DNA from: Dendrobates tinctorius
Lineage: Eukaryota
Length of the DNA stretch: 64,000 nt
Direction of reading: 5' to 3'
Assembly: GCF_039654945.1 (NCBI RefSeq)
Contig: NW_027361788.1
Coordinates: 28,520,001 to 28,584,000 of the forward strand
How positions within the stretch are numbered: the first letter of the stretch is position 1; every line of letters begins with the position of its first letter. The notes beneath the pieces are model-generated. The model searched no databases. It saw nothing but the letters and a program-made list of their open reading frames with translations, and was not told the origin of the DNA. Below are positions 11,668-24,410 of this stretch, one piece after another. Position numbers and translations under genes: made by a program.

Positions 11668-13698
11668 AAGTGGGTACGGAAAGTATTCAGACCTCTTTAA
11701 ATTTTTCACTCTATGTTTCATTGCAGCCATTTGGTAAATTCAAAAAGTTCATTTTTCATCATTAATCTACACGCTGCACCCCATCTTAACTGAAAAAAAA
11801 GATTAGAAATTTTTGCTAATTTACTAAAAAGAAAAACTGAAATATCACATGGTCATCAGTATTCAGACCATTTGCTCAGTACTGAGTAGAAGCACCCTTT
11901 TGAGCTAGTACAGCCATGACTCTTCTTGGGAACGATGCAACAAGTTTTTCACACCTGGATTTGGGGATCTTCTGCCATTCTTCCTTGCAGATCCTCTCCA
12001 GTTCAGTCAGGTTGGATGGTGTACGTTGGTGGACAGCGATTTTCAGGTAGACCTCTCCAGAGATGCTCAATTGGGTTTAGGTAAGGGATCTGGCTGGGCC
12101 AGTCAAAAATAGTCACAGAGTTGTTCTGAATCCACGCCTTTGTTATTTTAGCTGTGTGCTTAGGGTCATTGTCTTGTTGGAATGTGAACCATCAGCCAAG
12201 TCTGAGGTCCAGAGCACTCAGGAAGAGGTTTTCATCCAGGATATCTCTGTACTTGGACGCATTCATGTTTCCTTTAATTGCAACCAATCGTCCTGTCCCT
12301 GCAGCTGAAAAACACCCCCAAAGCATGATGCTAGCATGATGCTGCCACCACCACGTTTCACTGTTGGTATTGTATTGGGCAAGTGATGAGTAGTGCCTGG
12401 TTTTCTCCACACAGACTGCTTAGAATTATCACCAAAAAGTTCTATCTTCGTCTCATCAGACCAGAGAATCTTATTTCTCATAGTCTGGGAGTCCTTCATG
12501 TGTTTTTCTTAGCAAACTCTATGCGAGCTTTCATATGTCTTGAACTGAGGAGAGGCTTCCATTGGGCCACTCTGCCATAAAGGCCTGACTGGTGGAGGGC
12601 TGCAGTGATAGTTCCACAAAGTAAACTTTCTCCCATTTCCCTACTGCATCTGTGGACTTCAGCCACAGTGATCTTGGGGTTCTTCTTTACCTCTCTCACC
12701 AAGGCTCTTCTCCCACGATTGTTTAGTTTGGCTGGACGGCCAGGTCTAGGAAGACTTCTGGTGGTCTCAAACTTCTTCCATTTAAGGGTTATGGAGGCCA
12801 CTGTGCTCTTAGGAACCTTGAGTACTGCAGAAATTCTTTTGTAACCTTGGCCAGATCTGTGCCTTGTCACGATTCTGTCTCTGAGCTCCTTGGCCAGTTC
12901 CTTTGACCTCATGATTCTCATTTGGTCTGACATGCACTGTGAGGTCTTAAGCCCCCTTCACACATAGCGAGATCACTAGCGATATCGCTAAAGCGTCACC
13001 GATTTTGTGACAACAGTGATAGCGATAGCGATCTCGCTACATGTGACACTTACCTCCGACCGGCCTCCCCGCTAGCTATCGTTGATCGCGCGAGATCGTC
13101 CTGGTCCATTTCTCGTCGTCGGCTTCCTGCTGGCGCCGACAAGCGACTCCATGGACATGGGAGGAAGTAGTCAGCAGAGCTGCCGTCTGACAGGTAAGTA
13201 AGACCGCCGACCGCTGCTGCATCGCTGGTGAGATCTGCCTGTTTGGCAGCTCACTAGCGACCATTTAGCGATGCACCAGCGATCCTGACCGGGTCGTATC
13301 GTTGTCGGGGTCGCTGGTGCATCGCTAAATGTAACGGGACCTTTATATAGACAGGTGTGTGTCTTTAAAAATCAAGTTCTATCAGTTTAAATAAACACAG
13401 CTGGACTCCAATGAAGGAGTAGAATCATCTCAAGAAGGATCACAAGGAAATGGACAGCATGTGACTTAAATATGATTGTCTGAGCAAAGGGTCTGAATTC
13501 TTACGACCATGTGATATTTCAGTTTTTCTTTTTTAATAAATTTGCAAAAATTTCTACATTTCTGTTTTTTTCAGTCAAGATGGGGTGCAGAGTGTACATT
13601 AATGAGAAGAAAATGAACTTTTTTGAATTTACCAAATGGATGCAATGAAACAAAGAGTGAAAAATTTAAAGGGGTCTGAATAATTTCCGTACCCACTG
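11668..13698 (-). mobile_element. Tc1-like transposon (long IR/DR-type TIRs), frameshifted transposase
   Basis: ~200-bp TIRs (C)AGTGGGTACGGAAAGTATTCAGACC, TA flanks. Fragments MRSKELAKELRDRIV..GYKRIS, WSDETKIE, GGGSIMLWGCF and ..AQKGASTQY*. Confidence 0.93.
12950..13342. mobile_element. Harbinger/Tourist-like MITE inserted in Tc1 5' region
   Basis: TTA TSD at 12947-12949 and 13343-13345. High similarity to 2674-3068. Confidence 0.88.
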
Positions 13699-15416
13699 TA
13701 TTTTGGGAACACGGTGAGAAGTTACACCCTGTTACCCTGAAGACAAGAATCTTAAAAACAAAGCAAAAAGATTCTTAACACACAAACAAGGTGACCTAAG
13801 AAAAAAAGATGGATCTGGTATCAGATCAAGGTCTGCCTCCTACTGACCCCAAACCAAAATTGACATGATTTATGTCAGCCGGTGGGTGTACCCTGCATAG
13901 GAGACGATAAATCTTTTTTTCACCAATTGTCAGCCTTCTAGAGACAGAAGCTAAACTAAATTAAATGAAGCCTCTATAATTATTGGCCATCAACACTATT
14001 AGTCCAATTTCCAAAAATTACAATCATTTTGGTTGGTTTTCACATGTGCTGCCATCTAGTGGCCATTAAAAGGTCTCATTTTACAGCTTGCTGTGAAACT
14101 GATTGTTTGTGCCCCACATAGATATCTATTTTTTCCCTTTTCCATAGAATAAGGGATAACGCTGTTCTTTCTAGGGGTTTTACCACTAGGATCCCAAAAA
14201 GATCCCGATTCCGAGAAGTAGGCTATCCAGAATCACAGAGCTTCTCGACTTATGCTTGGTTCATTTGGAGCATCTGCCAGAAATAGCAGAGCACTGTACT
14301 CTGCTTTCTCTGCCAGTTCCATAGACAATGAATGGAGCGGAGGTCCAGCATCTCAGAATTCAGAGCCTTGTTCTTAGGATCAATAGGAGTCCTAATGCTG
14401 AGCTATGAATAGGAGATAACTTTATAATCTAGAAACAACTCTTCAAGCTTGTCATACACACTAGATCGGCTAATTGTCCCTTGGGCCTTTATCTATTTTT
14501 TTCAAACCCTCCTATGCACGTTTATGTCTGATTAGGTTGAATTCAGAAGTCCGTATGGTTCATAAATAGACAACAAATGCCTAAGAGGCTGTTAGTTCAG
14601 GCAGGTCAGACCTATGGCTGGTTTGCGCTTTACGATGAAACACGGATGTCTGAATCCAGCCTTAAAGGGGTTTTCTGGTTCCTGGAAAACCCCTGACCAC
14701 AACTGCAGTTTTTTTTTTTACTCACCCTTTCAGGGTCCAGTGCTGAGTCGACAGCGCATCTCTCTGGGTCTGTTATTGCCTGCAGCCTTGACATCATGTT
14801 GACAACGTTGCAGCCAATGAATTACTGAACTGAGCAGCTCTGCCCAGGTTGATGCCACGAGCTGCTGAGCTCAATGATTTTCTGCAGTCGTTGATCTGAC
14901 ATCAATAATAGACACAGGGAGTAGCTGCAGAGATTCAGCATTGGACACCGGAAGGGTGATTTTATTTTTTTTTTAAACAAACTGCATCTGTGGGAGGGGT
15001 CTTCTGAAACCAGAAAACCCCTTTAAGAATAGAGGAGTAAGTGTCTGCTGGACCCATATGGGGCTAGTTTGTGTCCTTTGAGAAAAAAGAACAGGATCAG
15101 GCAAGTTGAAATCCAACATGTCTGACCCTTCTTTCTCTGGACCTTGAACAGACATGACAATTCAATACACATTAAATGGTCATCGGGACTAGGCATGACC
15201 ATCCTCATCTGCATAGGGCTGCTGATATCACTGCCTAAGGTTTAGATACCAGAAATCTGCTGTCATTGCGCATTATGGTATTCATTAATTATCTCCTTAA
15301 AGGGGTTGTCCAGACTTGGGATTCAAGTTGGAGTCACTCTCTGCACAGTCAGGATTCTTCGGTGCTAAGATCAAGCTGTCATATGACTACAAGTATGCGA
15401 TTTGCATACTTCCAGC

Positions 15417-16942
15417 CAGGCCCGGATTGGTAATATACCGAACCGGGCAGATTCCCGGTGGGCCGGTGGCTCTGAACTAGGAAATGGGCCGCCGGCCCTT
15501 TAAAACCTTTGACTAGGCTCTGTGTGCGCGCTCCCTCTCATCGCATGCGCTGACAAGGGCCGCATCTGCCGGCGTCAGTGCGTGAGCGTGCCCCACGTCC
15601 GTGACTGTGCGCCGCTGCTGCCCTCCTCAGTGCAGGCAAGCGGGAGAGCTCGCGCCGCACACTGGACCTTGTCAGAAGTTTGAAAAGGCCGCCGCAGCAG
15701 CACGCACAGGACTCCTGCCTCTCTGTCTGATGCTGGAAAGTACCAGCATCAGAGAACAGTGGAGAGAGCCAGCAGCACGCAGGATTAAAGGTAGTACCTG
15801 CCTGTGAGTGCTGTGCTTCCAGGGAGAGCTAGGGAAGCAGCTCAAGCCAGCAAGGTGACATCGTCTTCTGCTCTGATCTGCATCGGGGGAGGTGAGGGGA
15901 CAGAGCTGCTGTGAGCACTAGAACCTGAGGAGCTGCATATGGACATCAGCCTCCTCTGCACCACAGAAGAGAGAGTGTGTGTAAGTAATACTTGTGTGTG
16001 GTATCTGTAGTATGTAAGTGTGTAATGCTTGTCTGTGCGGTATCTGTAGTGTGTGTGTGTGTGCGGTATCTGGTGTGTGTGTGTGTGCGCGGTATCTGTA
16101 GTGTGTGTGTGTGCGCGGTATCTGTAGTGTGTGTGTGTGCGCGGTATCTGTAGAGTGTGTGTGTGTGCGCGGTATCTGTAGAGTGTGTGTGTGTGTGCGC
16201 GGTATCTGTAGAGTGTGTGTGTGCGCGGTATCTGTAGTGTGTGTGTGTGCGCGGTATCTGTAGTGTGTGTGTGTGCGCGGTATCTGTAGTGTGTGTGCGG
16301 TATCTGTAGTGTGTGTGTGTGTGTGTGGTATCTGTAGTGTGTGTGTGTGTGCGCGGTATCTGTAGTGTGTGTGTGTGCGCAGTATCTGTAGTGTGTGTGT
16401 GGTATCTGTAGTGTGTGTGTGTGTGTGTGGTATCTGTAGTGTGTGTGTGTGTGTGTGTGTGGTATCTGTAGTGTGTGTGTGTGCGCGGTATCTGTAGTGT
16501 GTGTGTGTGCGGTATCTAGTGTGTGTGTGTGTGCGGTATCTGTAGTGTGTGTGTGTGCGGTATCTGTAGTGTGTGTGGGGTATCTGTAGTGTGTGTGTGC
16601 GGTATCTGTAGTGTGTGTGTGCTGTAGCTGTAGTGTGTGTGTGTGCGGTATCTGTAGTGTGTGTGTGCTGTAGCTGTAGTGTGTGTGTGTGCGTGGTATC
16701 TGTAGTATGTAAGTGTGTAATGCTTGTCTGTGCGGTATCTGTAGTGTGTGTGTGTGTGCGCGGTATCTGTAGTGTGTGTGTGTGTGTGCGCGGTATCTGT
16801 AGTGTGTGTGTGTGTGTGTGCTGTAGCTGTAGTGTGTGTGTGCGCGGTATCTGTAGTGTGTGTGTAGTGAGGACATTCATTGTATGTGGGCTGGTGAATT
16901 TTTTTCGTGCCAGGGCTGCTTTTTGGTCCCAGTCCGGCCCTG
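15417..16942. mobile_element. Non-autonomous hAT element carrying a minisatellite
   Basis: TIR CAGGCCCGGATTGG / CCAGTCCGGCCCTG. Perfect 8-bp TSD CTTCCAGC at 15409-15416 and 16943-16950. Confidence 0.9.
15975..16866 (+). repeat. (GT)n-GCGGTATCTGTA compound mini/microsatellite
   Basis: Dozens of GGTATCTGTA cores separated by variable (GT)n tracts. This explains the HT-rich pseudo-ORFs. Confidence 0.95.
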
Positions 16943-18542
16943 CTTCCAGCCACATTTAGACTAGACGTGTCCGGCCTCGCTCAATTTGCTTGTAGTGAGC
17001 AAGACTGTGCACGTCTAGTTGGCAAGTGACAGCCAAAATATTTGAAGCCCTTTTAAACTCTGCCAAAAGATAAACATCTCTGAATTTGAGTCTATTTTTA
17101 ATGAATTTAGGGGAAAACGCACCACAAAAAAAATACAAAATTATACATTTGGGCCAATTTCTGTAAACTTTTTAATGAATTTGGTGAAAAAAAAATGAAG
17201 ACAAAGCAAAAAATTTAAAAAGCCGGAAACACAATGGTGCCTATATATCTGCTAAATTTTCGCCACACCACATTGCCTCATGTGAATATACCTTTATGTA
17301 TTCAATGAACCTGCAGTGATATAAATAGATGCCATCCAAAAGGAGAACTTTGTCTCTGCATTACCTCAAAATACCCCCCCCCCCAAAATAAAATGCATAA
17401 CATTCTAAAAAATGTACTAGGCCTCATTAATCAAAGTTGCCATCTTTGTTGCCTCTAGCAACCAATCATAGCTCAGCTTTCATTTTTCTAGAACAGGTTA
17501 AGAAATGAAAGCTGAACTCTGTTTGGTTGCTATGGGCAACAATGACCGATTTTCTTGTAGACGGTTTTGATAAATGAGACTTGGGGGTGGTAAATGTTCT
17601 CACAATTCACAACATCTGTCAATATCTGAAGCTGGGGTTACGATTACATGCGTGAGAATTTCCCATGTCACTGATAGGCATATTAATAACATGGCCGCTT
17701 GCAACACGTGTACAGGATGTGTCCTAAATTTCCTCAGGGCTTTGTCCCTCCAGAGACATTTATTCGGCATTATTTCCACAGAACTAAGTAAAAGGCTAAA
17801 AGTGGAATATTGTAAACAAAGTCCAACGTGACATAATGGAGAGGAGCTGCGCATGAGTTGTCGCCATTACTACAGGCACCATCCCCATGGCATTACATTA
17901 TTATTTTTTTTTTACTGGTGTACTAGAAAATTGCTCATAGGGCAATTCCCTAATATACTATATTTACTTAAAAATAAATAATCTAACCATTCTGCCCCAA
18001 TGTCATCAGTGGTTTCCATCTGTGGGTCCATTAATACCATCAGTGCTTTTCCAGTATGGATAAAGAAAGAAATTACAAAGCATCTCCTATACTTTTCAAT
18101 GTTAAACACAAGTTCGCTGTATGCATTTCTCATGGACCTATAGACTTGTATTGGCCCTTGTCATCCGTGCTACCAGAAAAAAAAACGACATGTCTCCATT
18201 TATTTTGCACGGACACGCGGTCCATATAGATAGCACCATAGGTTATAATAGGTATGTGTGGCATTCGTGAAAAAATTGAATACCACAAGTCCTGGAAACA
18301 CGGACATGTGAACGAGGCCTAAACAGGTACAGCAAATCCATAAAAAGTCCACATCACCAAGATATTTCTAGCATCAAGTTCCACTACACCAAGAGGAAGT
18401 GCACGTGACACCAGAAATGCGTTAGTGGTATGGATTTTTGATGAATTTTCTGTACCGGTTTTAAAAATTTTGAAATAAAGCATTAAAGAAATTTTAATAT
18501 ACATCGTCAAACCGGACTATTCTTCCTTTGGATAGTCTCATG

Positions 18543-18716
18543 CAGGGGCGGACACAGACGGAAGAGGGCCCCTGTGAAAGAACAATATATGGGTTCTTCT
18601 TTTGCAGTTCAAAAACATGTCTGCTGCAGTAGCTGCCTTATAGGTGGTAGTGGCCCCCTTCCTTCTTGGACCCCTGTGCAGATGCACAGATTGCAACAAG
18701 GGTATGTCCGCCCCTG
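18543..18716. mobile_element. Small hAT-like MITE
   Basis: TIR CAGGGGCGGACA / TGTCCGCCCCTG. No clean TSD. Confidence 0.6.
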
Positions 18717-19239
18717 TTCACACATCCATGATTCAAATGGATATCATGCAGATGCCATCTGTGTGTCGTCCATTCACCCCACGGATCAACTTATTGACAT
18801 ACGTCTGTCTGATTAAACCTGCACAGAATAATTTGGTCTAGAAGAATAAAAGAAAGCCATTGGGGTGCTCAGCTGCAAATCCACTAAGCAGAGAATGGAG
18901 CAATGCTGCCCCCCCGACTCTGCTGAACGCTTACATCTGACTGGTAACAGTGAACCGGTGGGGTGGTTACTGGGTGTCAGACCGACCCCTTATCTGATAT
19001 TTATGGGTTCTCAATGTAGCACACCTGGAACTTTAACTGTGGACTATAATTCCTGCAAAACAATGTGGACATGTGCTTTAAAGACTGCCATGATGAGCAC
19101 ATAATGACTATCTCCATGGAAGCATTTACATAAGCGCGCACACTCTCTATTATCCCACAGATGTGCTCATTACTGCCAGCTTACATGGAGATTAGCGGAG
19201 ATTTGCCCTATTAAACATTGCTTAGTAAGATATACTCAC

Positions 19240-19332
19240 ATGAATAGAGCTGGCAGCGGTGCCGCAGAGTCGCTTACACCATTGTGCAGTAGTCCCCATG
19301 TATCCAACCACTCTGCCTCTGAATGGGACCAT
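19240..19332 (-). CDS. KYAT1: Putative alternative KYAT1 upstream coding exon (exon 19240-19335) encoding an N-terminal leader
   Basis: Polypyrimidine-tag| acceptor and |gtgagt donor. ATG at 19332 opens 31 codons (MVPFRGRVVGYMGTTAQWCKRLCGTAASSIH), in frame with GAC AAG ATG of the next exon. Confidence 0.65.
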
Positions 19333-20198
19333 CACCTACAGCATGAGGTGGAGAGGCTGAAGATACATGATCATGTACAGTACATCTTTCTGCTAATGGG
19401 AATCTAGTAATCTACATGCGAAAACTAAACGCATGCCTCTGCCGCTCCCATCTGTCCCAGTCACCTGCATGGCCTACTACAGCAAGCCATCCGGAGGTGC
19501 CAGGTAGGGAACATACTGATGTGAACAGTTAATATGCGTTTATTATAGTATGAAACTCATTTCCAATCTACATAGAGCCATTACAGCTTCCTCTATGGAG
19601 GTCACCCTGCTGTCCTGATCTCCATAACAGATAATGGGCTTCACAAATCACAATGCAGCTGTATAGCACAGCTTGCACCTGATGTAGGACATACATACAC
19701 GTCCTTTTAGAAGGGGTTTAGACAGATCCTATATTAGTCTATAGATGATGGATATGACTGTTTTGTCTACGTCAGGAGCTTTTCTGGTCCATATGTTAAA
19801 TGGAAACAATAACTGGGCTTTACTACAGTCAGGCTATCCCCACTCGTTACGGATGGGCTTTAAAGGGTTATTTCAAGACTAGGATATTGATGACCTATCC
19901 TTAGGACAAGTCAGAAATATCAGATCGGTGGGAGTCGGACACCTGACTCCTTCACCGATCAGCTGTAGCAGTTTTCCGCAGCCTCTGCAAGTAAGCAGTA
20001 ACCGAAACACCACAGCGCCACACGCAGTGTAGTGACCGCTCTCATGAACTGCAGGTCAGCTCCAATGCCTAAGTAGCACTGTCACTATATGAATCACTCA
20101 ACTAGAGGAATGGTGAAATCACAAAGTAAAGATGGGAAACTATTTTTCCCTAAAATGAGAAAATTTGGATACCTGAATGACAGCACGTGGAGGCCTTA

Positions 20199-20519
20199 GG
20201 GTATGTGCACTGCACACGCTGCGGATCTGCAGCAGTTTCTGCTGCGGTGTACAGTAGCATTATAACCTATGAAAAATGAAAACCGCTGTGCAGACGGTGT
20301 GGATTTTTCCGCGTGGTTTTGCTGCGGTTTTCAATCCGCAGAAAGAAATGACATGTCAATTCTTTCTGCGGAATCCGCAGCGGTTTTCCATTTCCTCCAT
20401 TGTAGAGGTGATAAACCGCAGGGCAAAACCGCAGGCAAATCCGCAGGTCTTCTGACTTACGGATTTACCTGCGGATTTTACTAAATCCGCAGAGCATTCC
20501 GCAGCGTGTGCACACACCC
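20199..20519. mobile_element. Harbinger/Tourist-like MITE (GGGTATGTGCAC.. family; relatives at ~24778-25457, 25461-26600, 27836-28040, 31628-31980, 38370-38640, 60980-61290)
   Basis: TIR GGGTATGTGCAC / GTGCACACACCC, TTA TSD, internal CCGCAG/TGCGG repeats. Confidence 0.88.
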
Positions 20520-21149
20520 TTAGACCCTACACTATGCGGCCATGGACATACTGTACTGCCACATGGTGGAACACATGTACGTTTCATAGGGGCCTATGAT
20601 GTACTCAGCGCCTCTGTATAATGAGGCATAGGAGAACACATGGCACAATCTTTTGTTCTATATGGCTCTGTATGAAACTGGAGGTAGGCAGGGCTACAGG
20701 GTGACCCCCAAAGACACCTAAGGCCATTGCCCTACAACTCACAGGTAGTGCACCGCTATAATACGAGCATCCAGCACTAGTACCATGTTATACCCACGTG
20801 CCTCAATTTCCAGCACCACTGTCGGAGTCTAGCCTAGTATGATTTGCAGTGCATGATGGGATATTTGTGCAATTGAAGTCACATGACCCTGTTCTAGAGT
20901 AGAGGTCAATACTGCCTTGTTGTCACAGTAATAAAAAAAATGATTTCCATAAAAGTACAACTTTTATGCGATAGAAAAGCTGCAAGCTACTTTTGGTGAC
21001 CACAATGACACCCAATGCATTCCTATGGAAAAAAAAACATGTAGACATCCCAAAGTCACCATACAAGCCAGGCCTGTTCTAGCAGCCATGCCAAGTGTGC
21101 CCTGATCACCCCTAAGCACCACACAGAGGCTGGGAATACATACACATAC

Positions 21150-21445
21150 CCAGCAACCAACGTCAACTCAGCTCAGTCTCTGTCATGGAGTCCTCGTGCC
21201 CGCGACAAAGATGGCGGTTGCGCCCTCTCAGGCCCCGCCCCTCTGATCTGTTTGTCCCAGGAACATTGGATCCTCCCTCTCAGTGCAGGATACCGGTTCC
21301 CTGACCCAACCCTCGGGATACCGGCGGCCCCGAACCCCGGGACATAGCGTCACTTCCGGGGGTGGTGGAGATGTGGAGCACTGCGGAGGCGAGGGACAAA
21401 GCGGAAAGTAGGAGACGAGGGACCGGCCGCATCCCGGGGCGTCAG
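21150..21445. promoter_or_regulatory. Bidirectional GC-rich promoter shared by KYAT1 (-) and LRRC8A (+), including probable non-coding first exons
   Basis: CpG-rich segment with YY1-like AAGATGGCGG (21208-21217), GC box (21231-21240) and ETS-CRE composite GCGTCACTTCCGG (21347-21359). Divergent splice donors: GTATGT on - (21144-21149) and CAG|GTAGGA on + (21446). Confidence 0.75.
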
Positions 21446-21589
21446 GTAGGACTAGTAGGGAAAGAACCGGGTGTTACCGGTGGTGAGCAGCGTACCATGT
21501 GGGAATGTGGTGGGGGGGACGGAGAGAAAGGTGCGGGCTGCAAAGGCAGTAGGGACTCCTGTCCGATGTCACAGTCTGCAGGGCTGAGT

Positions 21590-23760
21590 GTGCGGTGTAT
21601 TATGTGTATATAGACTGGATCCGTCTGTGTATACTATATATACTGTATCCATCTGTATATACTGTATATTATATATACTGTATCCAGCTGTGTACTGTAT
21701 ATATGGTATATACTGTGTAATCTGTATCCACTATATACTATATCATATATACTGTATCCATCTGTGTATTGTGTATATACGGTATATAGTGTATCCATCT
21801 GTGTACTGTATACTCTGTTCTATATACTGTATCCATCTGTAATCAACTGTATATACTGTATCCAGCTGTAATCAACTGTATATACTGTATCCACTATATA
21901 CTATATTATATATACTGTATCCATCTGTGTATACTGTATAGTCTATATACACTCTATCCATCTGTGTATATAGACTGGATCTGTCTGTGTATACTGTATT
22001 TACTATATATACTGTATCCATCTGTATATACTGTATCCAGCTGTGTACTGTATATACAGTATATATGGTATATACTGTGTCATCTGTATCCATCTGTATA
22101 TACTGTATCCACTATATACTGTATTATATATATACTGTATCCATCTGTGTATATAGACTGGATCTGTCTGTGTATACTGTATTTACTATATATACTGTAT
22201 CCATCTGTATATACTGTATCCAGCTGTGTACTGTATATACAGTATATATGGTATATACTGTCATCTGTATATACTGTATCCACTATATACTGTATTATAT
22301 ATATACTGTATCCATCTGTGTATTGTGTATATACGGTATATAGTGTATCCATCTGTGTACTGTATACTCTGTTCTATATACTGTATCCATCTGTAATCAA
22401 CTGTATATACTGTATCCAGCTGTAATCAACTGTATATACTGTATCCACTATATACTATATTATATATACTGTATCCATCTGTGTATACTGTATAGTCTAT
22501 ATACACTCTATCCATCTGTGTATATAGACTGGATCTGTCTGTGTATACTGTATTTACTATATATACTGTATCCATCTGTATATACTGTATCCAGCTGTGT
22601 ACTGTATATACAGTATATATGGTATATACTGTGTCATCTGTATCCATCTGTATATACTGTATCCACTATATACTGTATCCATCTGTGTATATAGACTGGA
22701 TCTGTCTGTGTATACTGTATTTACTATATATACTGTATCCATCTGTATATACTGTATCCAGCTGTGTACTGTATATACAGTATATATGGTATATACTGTC
22801 ATCTGTATATACTGTATCCACTATATACTGTATTATATATATACTGTATCCATCTGTGTATTGTGTATATACGGTATATAGTGTATCCATCTGTGTACTG
22901 TATCCATCTGTAATCAACTGTATATACTGTATCCATCTGTGTATACTGTATAGTCTATATACACTATCCATCTGTGTATATAGACTGGATCTGTCTGTGT
23001 ATACTGTATTTACTATATATACTGTATCCATCTGTATATACTGTATCCAGCTGTGTACTGTATATATGGTATATACTGTATCCAGCTGTGTACTGTATAT
23101 ATGGTATATACTGTGTCATCTGTATCCATCTGTATATACTGTATCCACTATATACTGTATTATATATATACTGTATCCATCTGTGTATTGTGTATATACG
23201 GTATATAGTGTATCCATCTGTGTACTGTATCCATCTGTAATCAACTGTATATACTGTATCCATCTGTGTATACTCAATTATACTGTGTCCATCTGTATAT
23301 ACTGTATATTATATATACACTCTATCCATCTCTGTATACTGTATAGTCTATATACTGTATCCATCTCTGTATACTGTATAGTCTATATACTGTATCCCAT
23401 CAGTGTATACTGTATAGTCTATATACTGTATCCATCTGTGTATACTGTATACTCAATTATACTGTGTCCATCTGTATATACTGTATATTATATATACACT
23501 CTATCCATCTCTGTATACTGTATAGTCTATATACTGTATCCATCTCTGTATACTGTATAGTCTATATACTGTATCCATCTCTGTATACTGTATAGTCTAT
23601 ATACTGTATCCCATCTGTGTATACTGTATAGTCTATATACTGTATCCATCTGTGTATACTGTATAGTCTATATACTGTATCCATCTGTGTATACTGTATA
23701 GTCTATATACTGTATCCATCTGTGTATACTGTATAGTCTATATACTGTATCCATCTGTGT
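21590..23760 (+). repeat. AT-rich TATACTGTATCCATCTG satellite with higher-order units, decaying to ~24280
   Basis: Directly visible short units. Identical translations at 21872-22093 and 22426-22647 show a 554-bp higher-order duplication. Confidence 0.95.
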
Positions 23761-24410
23761 ATACATATATCTATTTTTCAATCTATTTACTTTCCACTCA
23801 TCTGCTGTATCTTACAATCTGTTTCTATTTTCTGTCCACAATATCTATTGTATATCTATGTGCAGTATCTTTCTATATACTCTACTGTATCTTGTTATCT
23901 ACTATATGGATCTCTGCTGTATCTTTCAATCTTCTGACTGTATATATCCTCCATATCTGCTGTATATCTCCTTTATGACTTTCTATATAGTTTCCAATAT
24001 CTGCTGTATCTTTTCGATCTGCAGTATCTAATGTTCAGTCCTCTGTATCGATCTCTACTGTATCTTTCTCTTCGTATGTACTCTACTCTTGTATCTCTTC
24101 CAGTCTCTTTCTATCCTTTGTATATCTACTGTATCTATCTACTATATATTGTATCTGTCCATTACATCAGTTGTAGATCTGATCTCTTTATCTTTAAATA
24201 TATTCTACTGTATCTTTCACTTTGTTCTATGTAATGTGTGTCTCTACTGTACCTATCATCTATATCCATCTTTCCCAGGTTAGTATATTATATCACACAC
24301 TGTCCGGTACCATCTGAATGCCGATGGCTTATTTATGCAACTTATCAGGGGATATCATGCCCACCACCAGATGCTATGCCCGCGCTCTATTTTTCAAATG
24401 TTTAGAGTAA

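Larger units (their letters stand above)
6850..13975 (-). mobile_element. Degenerate DIRS1-like retrotransposon (gag-RT-RNaseH-MT-YR remnants), with nested MITE and Tc1
   Basis: 3' terminus GGATTTTGGTACTCACCGTAAAA..TTGGGGGACACAG at 6850, ICR-like segment at ~6940-7000, YR remnants at 7050-8050, RNaseH/MT (TTDASL, AVHIPG, WGTP) at 8100-8880, RT (YLDDLLIK) at 9269-9490. Many stops and frameshifts. The 5' end coordinate is approximate. Confidence 0.85.

Noticed and set aside
15842-16955. 344/345-aa His/Thr-rich ORFs
   Set aside because: Translation of the (GT)n-GGTATCTGTA minisatellite inside a hAT MITE.
21872-23560. Multiple Tyr/Ile/Val/Cys-rich ORFs up to 339 aa
   Set aside because: Satellite translation artefacts in several frames and on both strands.
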